Of a DNA stretch of 64,000 nt, positions 1 to 8,000 are shown piece after piece. The position numbers and the translations under genes were made by a program. Source of the stretch: Candidatus Omnitrophota bacterium (GTDB taxonomy: Bacteria; Omnitrophota; Gorgyraeia; Zapsychrales; Zapsychraceae); contig JADFYE010000004.1 in the NCBI GenBank assembly GCA_015233195.1, positions 2,411 through 66,410 of the forward strand, given 5' to 3'. Numbering within the stretch: position 1 is the stretch's first letter; every line of letters begins with the position of its first letter. The notes under the pieces were generated by a model that was not told the origin of the DNA, made no database searches, and worked only from the letters and a program-made list of their open reading frames with translations.

Positions 1-1037
1 TGTTAAGCAGTGTTACTGCTAGTCTTATACTAGGCGGTGATTTTAATATGATGGTTATTTTTCTAGTCGGTGGTTTGACTGGCGCTACCGTAGTTAAAGA
101 CGCGCGTAATCGGGATCATTTGATAGGCGCAGGTATTATGGTAAGCGCGGTAAGCGCGGTGAGTTTGTTTATTGTAGGGGACGGATCCCATCAATTTTTA
201 AAAAGTGATTTTTTGGTAAATAAATTATATCCTTTGGTAGCGAATGGTTTTATTTCAGCAGCTTTGGTAGCTGCCACTCTTAAAATATTTGAAACCCTGT
301 TTGGGGTGCTTACTAATTATAGTTTATCTGAACTTTCCGACTCAAATCAGCCGCTTTTAAAACGTTTGATTATGGAGGCGCCTGGTACTTATCAACATTG
401 TTTAGTGGTTGGTAATTTGGCTGAAGCAGCATCAGAAGAAATAGGCGCTAATCCTTTATTGGCTAGGGTGGGAGCTTATTATCATGACATAGGCAAGATA
501 GTAAAGGCGGATTATTTCGCCGAAAATCAATTTAAGACTCCAGAAAATAAACATGATGGAATAGAACCTACCATGAGCAGGTTAGTAATTTTGAATCATG
601 TTAAAGAAGGGGAAGAGCTGGCGCGGAAATATAAATTAAATCTTCGTCTCATGGATTTTATAAGTGAGCATCATGGCACAAGTTTAGTTCACTTTTTTTA
701 TCAAAGGGCTTTGGAAACTGCTGAAAGTGGTGAAGTAGTAAAAGAAACAGATTTCCGTTATCCTGGTCCTAAACCGCAAAGTCCTGAAACCGCAATATGC
801 ATGTTGGCTGATTCAGTCGAGGGTGCAATACGTTCAGTAGAAGATCCTACTCCAGCGCGGATTGAAGAAACTGTAAAAAAAGTCGTGAATAATAAATTTA
901 TAGACGGACAATTAGATGAATGCACGTTAACGCTGCAACAGATAGATAAAATATCTAAAACTTTTACGCGGATATTATCCGCAATGCATCACGCTCGGGT
1001 AAAATATCCGGAAAAGAAAATAGACGATAGAAGATAG
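1..1037 (+). CDS. 7TM-HD (HDIG) membrane phosphohydrolase, PgpH/YqfF-like; 5' end outside window
   Basis: The frame of ORF 48..1037 stays open back to nt 3 (LSSVTASLILGGDFN-MMVIF...), so the gene starts upstream of the window. Hydrophobic segments are followed by HD-domain motifs 'QHCLVVGNLAE', 'AYYHDIGK' and 'SEHHGTS'. Confidence 0.85.
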   Translation, partial: LSSVTASLILGGDFNMMVIFLVGGLTGATVVKDARNRDHLIGAGIMVSAVSAVSLFIVGDGSHQFLKSDFLVNKLYPLVANGFISAALVAATLKIFETLFGVLTNYSLSELSDSNQPLLKRLIMEAPGTYQHCLVVGNLAEAASEEIGANPLLARVGAYYHDIGKIVKADYFAENQFKTPENKHDGIEPTMSRLVILNHVKEGEELARKYKLNLRLMDFISEHHGTSLVHFFYQRALETAESGEVVKETDFRYPGPKPQSPETAICMLADSVEGAIRSVEDPTPARIEETVKKVVNNKFIDGQLDECTLTLQQIDKISKTFTRILSAMHHARVKYPEKKIDDRR

Positions 1038-1045
1038 AAGGTGGT

Positions 1046-1104
1046 CCCCTCTCCAGCCTCTGGCGTTAAGTCCCCGAAGGGGAGGAGAGGGTTAGGGTGA
1101 GGGG
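1046..1104 (+). repeat. GC-rich palindromic element, copy 1 (nested hairpins plus G-quadruplex motif)
   Basis: CCCTCTCC (1047-1054) pairs with GGAGAGGG (1084-1091). An inner hairpin is TCCCC (1071-1075) / GGGGA (1079-1083). Sense-strand G-runs at 1079-1082, 1089-1091, 1095-1097 and 1101-1104 have loops of 6, 3 and 3 nt, which fits G3+N1-7 x4. It stands out against AT-rich flanks. Confidence 0.6.
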
Positions 1105-1549
1105 AAATGAAAAAACATTGGTTAATAATATTTTGGAAATTCACGTAACAAATCTACAAACTCGTTTTAAAATATCTTCTTCTTCGATTATCTCTACGGT
1201 TAAACACATTCTAAAATACAATAAAGTATCCAACGCGCGACTTAACTTTGTCTTTGTCACTGGTCGGAAAATGCGGGTTTTAAATAGCCGATATAAAGAC
1301 CATCATTACACTACGGATGTTTTGGCGTTTGATCTGCGCTCGGAAAAAGAAAAAGGATTGCGAGGAGAAATAATTATATCTACGGACGAGGCATTTAAAA
1401 ATGCTAGGATATATAAAACTTCAGTTGAACACGAATTAAATTTGTATATGGCGCACGGTATTTTGCATTTATTGGGATATGATGATCATGGTTTTCAGGA
1501 TATTAAAAAAATTAGGGATATGGAACAGAAAATAATTGAATCTTTATGA
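1097..1549 (+). CDS. ybeY: Endoribonuclease YbeY (rRNA maturation factor)
   Basis: Zn-binding motif 'HGILHLLGYDDH' near the C-terminus; 150 aa. The only canonical in-frame start after stop 1067-1069 is GTG 1097, which lies inside the G-rich element. 4-nt ATGA overlap with recO. Confidence 0.9.
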   Translation: MRGNEKTLVNNILEIHVTNLQTRFKISSSSIISTVKHILKYNKVSNARLNFVFVTGRKMRVLNSRYKDHHYTTDVLAFDLRSEKEKGLRGEIIISTDEAFKNARIYKTSVEHELNLYMAHGILHLLGYDDHGFQDIKKIRDMEQKIIESL

Positions 1550-2295
1550 TTATTTCTACCGACGGTATAGTTTTGCGTACTTTTGATTATCGCGAGACGA
1601 GTAAGATCGCGACATTTTTCACGCGTGATCAGGGCAAGATATCAGGCGTGATGAAGGGAATACGTAAAGATCCGCGTAAGTTTGGCAGCAGCGTGGATCG
1701 TTTTTCAGTAAATGGTTTGGTTTATTATGAGTACCGCAACAGTAATCTGCATCTTATAAGTCAATGTGATCTCAAACAATATTTTTTTAAACTTAGGGAA
1801 GTGTATCGCAAGAATGTCGCAGCGAATTACAGTCTTGAATTAGTGGACGTTATTATGCCGGTTGAGTCGCCTAATAAAGAAATCTATGATTTGATGCTGG
1901 ATTATTTTAATACTTTAGAGGTTTCGGATGATATCGATAAATTAGTTCATGCGTTTCAGATTAAAGTTTTGTTGCATTCTGGTTTTCGACCGCATATTGA
2001 TTCATGTGTTAAATGCGGTAAAAAAGTTGGGGGTAAGGTCAGGTTTAGTATGAGGCTGGGTGGTTTAATTTGTGAACGATGTCCTACGAGAGAAACTTCT
2101 TTTGTAATAGTATCACGAGGAGCGATTGCATCTATGTTGTTTATTGAATCGCATAAATGGGATCAATGTATTAAATTGAAATTACATAAAAATATACAGC
2201 AGGAACTAAAATTCATACTTAATAATTTTTTAGTTTATCATTTGGAAAAACGAATCCGTTCATTGAAATTTTTAATGGCAAAAGGAGCATTATGA
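1546..2295 (+). CDS. recO: DNA repair protein RecO
   Basis: N-terminal OB-fold-like 'GIVLRTFDYRETSKIATFFT' and zinc motif 'CVKCGKK...CERCP'; 249 aa. The position after ybeY is typical. Confidence 0.85.
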   Translation: MIISTDGIVLRTFDYRETSKIATFFTRDQGKISGVMKGIRKDPRKFGSSVDRFSVNGLVYYEYRNSNLHLISQCDLKQYFFKLREVYRKNVAANYSLELVDVIMPVESPNKEIYDLMLDYFNTLEVSDDIDKLVHAFQIKVLLHSGFRPHIDSCVKCGKKVGGKVRFSMRLGGLICERCPTRETSFVIVSRGAIASMLFIESHKWDQCIKLKLHKNIQQELKFILNNFLVYHLEKRIRSLKFLMAKGAL

Positions 2296-2693
2296 AATTT
2301 TGGTATTTAGTTATGCGCGGTATTTTAATCAATGATAAAAAACAAGTTTTAATGCTGCAGCGTTCAGCTAAAAGCCGAACCTTTCCTTTATTATGGGAAT
2401 TTCCTGGAGGTAAAGTTAATCCAGGGGAACATTTTATTGAGGGGTTAAAGCGTGAATTTCGTGAAGAAACCGGATTATTAGTCGAGCCTGAACGTATTAT
2501 GGGTGCGAATGACAAAGATTTTGGCGATTGTACTATGGCTTATATGTTTGTACGGGTTACCGGAGAAATTCGCGAGGTAATTATTACTTCAGAACATGAA
2601 CAGTTTATCTGGGCGGATAAAGATTCTTTGTCAAAATTGCAAGTTTCAGAACCGTTAGTAGATTTTTTACCTGAAGTTTTGAGTTTGCTATAA
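2292..2693 (+). CDS. NUDIX hydrolase (MutT-like)
   Basis: Nudix box 'GGKVNPGEHFIEGLKREFREETGL' (GX5EX7REUXEEXGU). Confidence 0.85.
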   Translation: MKFWYLVMRGILINDKKQVLMLQRSAKSRTFPLLWEFPGGKVNPGEHFIEGLKREFREETGLLVEPERIMGANDKDFGDCTMAYMFVRVTGEIREVIITSEHEQFIWADKDSLSKLQVSEPLVDFLPEVLSLL

Positions 2694-2698
2694 TTTTT

Positions 2699-3076
2699 TT
2701 AGGGCAGATATTTTTTAATTATTTCGAGCAGTTTTTCAAGGTCGTAGGGTTTTTCGATAAAATCATTCGCGCCTAAATTACGGCACTTTTTTTCCACGCC
2801 TACAGATACATTAGCAGTTGATATTATGATAGGTAGTTTGGTGTTTTCGATGAATTTACGGATGTTTTCAAGGACAAAAAATCCTCCACCGCAGGGAAGC
2901 CCCAAGTCCAGAATAAGCAGTGCAGTACTTTCCTTACACGCATTTTGGGTAGCGAAAAGCGCGTCTCGCGCAATCACTACTGAATAGCCATGTCCGACCA
3001 GGAATGTTTTTAATGCGTCTACAAATTCACGGTCATCGTCGACCACTAAGATATTTTTGGGATTTTTATTTTCCAC
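2699..3076 (-). CDS. Single-domain response regulator (REC only)
   Basis: 'ILVVDDD', acceptor region 'LLILDLGLP', 'IIISTA' and 'FIEKPYD'; 125 aa with no output domain. 5 nt downstream of the histidine kinase on the same strand. Confidence 0.85.
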   Translation of the reverse strand: MENKNPKNILVVDDDREFVDALKTFLVGHGYSVVIARDALFATQNACKESTALLILDLGLPCGGGFFVLENIRKFIENTKLPIIISTANVSVGVEKKCRNLGANDFIEKPYDLEKLLEIIKKYLP

Positions 3077-3081
3077 GAGCC

Positions 3082-4020
3082 TTACTCCTTAGGTAATAAT
3101 ATAGTAAAACAATTAGGGCTTCCAGCTTTACTTTCAGCCCAGATTTTTCCGTTATGCAATTCCACGATATCTTTAGCTATGGATAGACCCAGCCCGTGAC
3201 CTTCAACTGATTTATTCAGGCGTTCAAATTTATCAAAAATTTTTTCAATATATTCTTCAGGGATAAATTCTCCGGTATTCAAAAATTCAATTTTAACCAA
3301 AGATTCTGCACTAGATATTTTTACATTAACTTTACCGTTGGGTAAGGTGTGTTTTATTGAATTATTAAGAAGGTTATTTAACGCGCGGATAATTTTCCCT
3401 TTATCTGCTTTCATAACTACCTGGTTAGGCGGTAATTCAATAGTTAAATTAATATTTTTTTTAGCAGTCTCACCTGCGAGTTCTCGAATTTGTCCGTAAA
3501 CCAGTCCGCAAATATCAAAAGAACTGATTTTAATTTCAGCCATTCCTGCTTCGATCATATAAATATCAATAAGCTCCATGATCATGGTGTTCATCCGATT
3601 TGCGACATCTTTACATACATTTATTGCTTCATCTTGTTCTTTAGTAAGGGTTCCTAAAAATCCGGCTTTTAAATTTGATATATTCGCTTTGATAGTTACT
3701 AACGGACTTTTTAAGTCGTGGGCAAGCGCCATTGCAAAAGTTGATTTGAGTTCATCTGCTTTTTTTGCTTTTGCTGCGTAACGGATAGTTTTGTTGATAA
3801 TATTTTTCATAACACCATACGCGACTACATATCCCAGGATCAGGATTATTCCAGCAAAAAATAGGGTGAATCCAATATTATTAAAAGATTTCTCACAAAA
3901 TATATAAATCAAAGTGAGTATTGGAATTACGCTGATAAGAATAAAAGCAAAATTCAGCCGTCGGTAGGGATTTTCGTTTAATTCATTAAATAAGAGTTTT
4001 AATTCGTTGGTAGTTTTCAT
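3082..4020 (-). CDS. Sensor histidine kinase with minimal (intramembrane-type) sensor
   Basis: Two N-terminal hydrophobic helices are separated by only ~6 residues ('EKSFNN'). H-box 'AHDLKSPL'; ATPase boxes 'LNNLLNNSIKHT' and 'GHGLGLSIAKDIVELHNGKIW'. Confidence 0.85.
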   Translation of the reverse strand: MKTTNELKLLFNELNENPYRRLNFAFILISVIPILTLIYIFCEKSFNNIGFTLFFAGIILILGYVVAYGVMKNIINKTIRYAAKAKKADELKSTFAMALAHDLKSPLVTIKANISNLKAGFLGTLTKEQDEAINVCKDVANRMNTMIMELIDIYMIEAGMAEIKISSFDICGLVYGQIRELAGETAKKNINLTIELPPNQVVMKADKGKIIRALNNLLNNSIKHTLPNGKVNVKISSAESLVKIEFLNTGEFIPEEYIEKIFDKFERLNKSVEGHGLGLSIAKDIVELHNGKIWAESKAGSPNCFTILLPKE

Positions 4021-4192
4021 TATAAATTTGGTATTTTTATAATGATAATTTTAGCCACAGTGTAAGTCAATGGGTATTATGAAAAATGATAGATTTGGGT
4101 AATTGCCCTAAGGTCTTAGTTGCAAAATGAAATTAAGTGGGTTAAACTCTTTTTTAAATTAATTTTATAAATGATATAGCAAAAGGTTAGGT

Positions 4193-5026
4193 ATGAAAGC
4201 AAAGCGGATTTTAATTATTGATGATGATAGAACCAGTGTTGCGGCAACGCAAGGGGCATTAATCAAAGAGGGTTTTGAAGTCATATATGCTTACGATGGC
4301 ATGCAGGGCTTAGATCTCATAAATCAATATGATGTTGATCTTATTATTTTGGATATTGTTATGCCGGTAATGGATGGGGTAGATTTTTTTAAAGAGATGA
4401 AAAAATCGATACGCACATCCGGGATTCCGGTTATTGTAATTACAGAAAGTAAAGTTGTTGAGGATTCTTTTAGGGTTTTAGGGGTAAATGATTTTTTAAG
4501 TAAGCCGCTTGAGGTTAGCACAATATTGTTTAAAGTCGAAAGGGCTTTAACTTTAAAGGGTTCCCGGTTTAGTTTGGATAAAATTTTAGTTACAGGCAGT
4601 AATCGAGCTGCGATTACTGAAATGGAAGAGATTTTAAAGGATAAGAATTATACAGTATGGTTAACAGAAGATAGCGCTGATATTATTTCTAAGGCGCTGG
4701 TAATGGTTCCTACGCTTGCAATAATTGATACTATGCAAAAAGATATATCATCAGATCAAATAATTAAAGCGCTTAGATCATTTTCCAAGTTAGCACGCAT
4801 GAAGATCGCTATTTATAATTGTTTTAAACCTGAGATGGTAGGGGATCAGGTGTTGGTAAGCCAATTGTTTGAAGCCAAAGATAAATGTTTGAGTTGTGGA
4901 GCTGACGGATATATTGGAACTTATAATAAATTTTCATTTATGGATGAAATAGAAAAATTTTTAGCGCAAGGTGTTATTTCTTCACAAAAAAGTGATAATT
5001 CAGACCCTTTTTCCCCAAAAGGGTAA
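4193..5026 (+). CDS. Response regulator: REC domain plus degenerate REC-like second domain
   Basis: REC motifs 'ILIIDDD', 'LIILDIVMPVMDG' and 'FLSKPLE'. Residues ~130-265 repeat the REC pattern ('ILVTGSN', 'LAIIDTMQKD', 'GADGYIGTYNKF') but lack the acidic DD pocket. No DNA-binding domain is recognisable. Confidence 0.75.
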   Translation: MKAKRILIIDDDRTSVAATQGALIKEGFEVIYAYDGMQGLDLINQYDVDLIILDIVMPVMDGVDFFKEMKKSIRTSGIPVIVITESKVVEDSFRVLGVNDFLSKPLEVSTILFKVERALTLKGSRFSLDKILVTGSNRAAITEMEEILKDKNYTVWLTEDSADIISKALVMVPTLAIIDTMQKDISSDQIIKALRSFSKLARMKIAIYNCFKPEMVGDQVLVSQLFEAKDKCLSCGADGYIGTYNKFSFMDEIEKFLAQGVISSQKSDNSDPFSPKG

Positions 5027-5083
5027 GCGTAGCATTTTATAGTATTGATATGGCATACTTTAATATCTAAAAAATAATAAAGT

Positions 5084-8000
5084 ATGCGAAAATATTACTC
5101 CAAAATTTTATCGTTTTTTTTAATATTTATATTTATTGCTAATACAATAAATATTGTACCAGTAGTCTCTGCACAAACTGTTCTGCCAGGTTTTTCATCT
5201 AATCAAACTTATTGTCCGTTGTTATTAAAAGGTTTGCTTCTTGACCGAAATGATCCTTTAAAAACTGAGTTTATTGTTGATACTGGAACTACCAAATTAA
5301 AGCCTGAGGATGTGGAACCCCAATCTAAAGTTTTAATGGAATATTTTATTACCAGTTTAACTTTTTCCTCTAAAGATCTTTGGGTTAATTTGTCCCCTAA
5401 GGAACCAAATCGTATTATTCCGTTAGAATTAGCTAAGACTCATATGGGGCAAGATATGTTGGAACAAGATTTATATCTTAAGAAAATGACTTCGGGTTTA
5501 CTTGATCCTGAAAGTGATTCTGGAAGGAAATTTTGGGATAAGATTTATAAAATTGCTTATGCTAAATACGATAAAACTGAAATCCCGGTCGATATTTTGA
5601 GTAAGGTTTGGATCGTGCCAGATTATGCACAGATTAACGAGCAAGGTGGTCGGGTGTTTGTTACGGAGGCTAAACTAAAGGTAATGACTGAAGTCGATGA
5701 CCGATCGCCTATTGTATCTTCGATTTTGAAAGAAATTATTATTCCCAAAATCGAAGCAGAAGTTAATGAAAGCAAAGATTTTGTAAAGGTGCGTCAAATT
5801 TACTATTCGTTCATTCTTGCCAATTGGTATAAAAAACTTTTAAACAATACCATCCTCGGAAAACAATATTTCGACCAGCGGAAAGTTAATGGGGTTGATA
5901 CAGCTTCTGATGACAAAGAAAAAATTTATAAAAATTATTTAGATTTATTTAAAGGGTCAAACATTATCCGGGAAGAGTATGATCCCAACACTCAGGAGCT
6001 AGTTGCAAAAAAATATACTACCGGAGGATTGATATTTGAAGATTTGGCTATGAAAGCAGATTCGAAGTCAAAAATTTCAGTTGTAGGCGAAGCAGTGAGG
6101 GTAAAGGGTGGGATGGTTAGAGCGATAGAAAAATCTCGAAAATCTGCTTTTGCAGAATTGTTATCAGCTAAAGGGTTTGAATTTACAGAAACAATGCTTA
6201 ACTGGTTTAATGAGAAACACGGGTTAATATACCAAACAAATAATTCTGATAATGGAAAAGCGAGGGTTATTATGCCGCGGTTTATGGATGCGGTATTTTC
6301 CATGGCAAAAAAACATCCAGGAACAAAAATTGTATTTTTAAGAGGATGGTCTGATTCTATTTATAGTATGGCAAAAGCAATGGCGGAATCAAATCCTGAA
6401 TTAGCTGATCCCAAAAGTATTTTTAGGGCATGGGCTACGATTAGTAATCGCAATCAAGTATTTTATAATACTGTCCAAGGCGCATATTTTTTAAAATATC
6501 TGCATGATATTGGTGTTCTTACTGAGGATACAAAAGAACTTTTATTGGTCGATACTGACACCATGCTTGATGGTATAAGCACAGATCATTTAATTTATCT
6601 TACTTTGTTTAATGCTAAGGTAATAGCTAAAGCAAATGAATTATTTAATTTAAACTTAAAGGTATTTAATTCTAGCAATGATGGACCGTGGGTCGAGATG
6701 TTATATATGAAGGTTGGTAATGATCCGCATTTTACTGATTATGGTGTTGATGTTAAAGATTATAAAAAACGGATGCGGGTTTTTACTTATGATGAAGTTG
6801 CGCCAAGTGATCGGTTAAAAACAGATATTAGCGGCAGATTTTTTATCATTGATACTTTTATTAAGATCGAAAATATTACAGGAGAAATGACAGCGCAGGG
6901 GCAGATTTATACAGCTCCGTATGGTAAATCAGCTGATTCAACCAGTGAACAGCTTCGTCTTGAATATTTAGCTGAGATTGCAGGATTGCTCTGCGGCACA
7001 CTTGATTATATGGATACCAATGGGTTTGAAGACCAAGAAGTAGAACAAAGATTATTTAGAGTTTTTGGGCAGTATTTAGATTGGGTTAAAGGTAAAGGAC
7101 CTTTGGTAAAAGATGAATTCGGGATATTTCCTGACACAGAACAGAATTTACCTGGGGATAATAAATCTAATGATAAAGCAATGTTGTCTTTGGTTATAGA
7201 ACGCAAATTTGTTAGAGAGCATTGGAATTGGTTTAAGAACATGTTTACTGAGTATAGCAAAGATGAAATTTTAAGCGCGCAAGGGAAGAAACTTTTAACT
7301 TTAGATCTGAACAATCTTAGTGAGCGGCAAGTATTTTCGCTTTATCGGTTAATGAGTTATTTTAGAAATATACCTAATATGTCGAAGCAGGAGATTATTG
7401 AGAAATTTCCGCAAGCTTATTTTAGAGATATGGACGGCAGGATAAAAAAATTAAGGCAAATCGAATTAGAAATGGTGTCAGGTTGTCCTAATTTATGTTT
7501 ATTCTGCCCTTTTCAACACGGGGCTAAGCTTAAATCCATGCCATTTCCTTTGCTAATTATGGCGGTACGTAAAGGAATTAAGATTAAATCAAGCGTTTTT
7601 AATTATGAACCTTTGTATTATGAGGATCCGTCCGGCGCGCTATTTGCTGACGTAATGAAGTTAACTGATTTAGACGGTATAATTACCCATGGGGTTGTGG
7701 AGGGTTACGAAGATTTAGCAGTAAGAAATTTAGAGCGTATAAATTTTTATGCTAAAACTTTAAATAAATTTTATGTTAATTTGTCAGTTCATCCTATGGA
7801 TGTAGATCTATTGCGACTTAAAAAACAGCATGCTTCAGTTGCTGAAATAGAAGAATACTATTTTAATAAATTTAAAATTATTATAGAAAAATTAAGAAAT
7901 AGATGCGAGGTAATTAGTGTTGGCATGTTAGAACCGCATGAAGAATTGTCAAGTATATATCCGGAGTGGTTGGCTATAAATGAAAAAATATTAAAACGAA

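Noticed and set aside
141-163. The 9-bp tandem repeat GTAAGCGCG x2 (+GTGAG), encoding 'VSAVSAVS' in the 7TM-HD gene, as a possible slippage or phase-variation site.
   Set aside because: There are only two full copies. The unit is a multiple of 3, so slippage would not change the frame. It lies in a hydrophobic TM segment where such repeats arise by chance.
1089-1104. The TTAGGG-containing string 'GGGTTAGGGTGAGGGG' as a telomere-like repeat.
   Set aside because: This is a single occurrence inside a palindromic intergenic element, not a tandem array. It is better explained as part of the G4/hairpin element.
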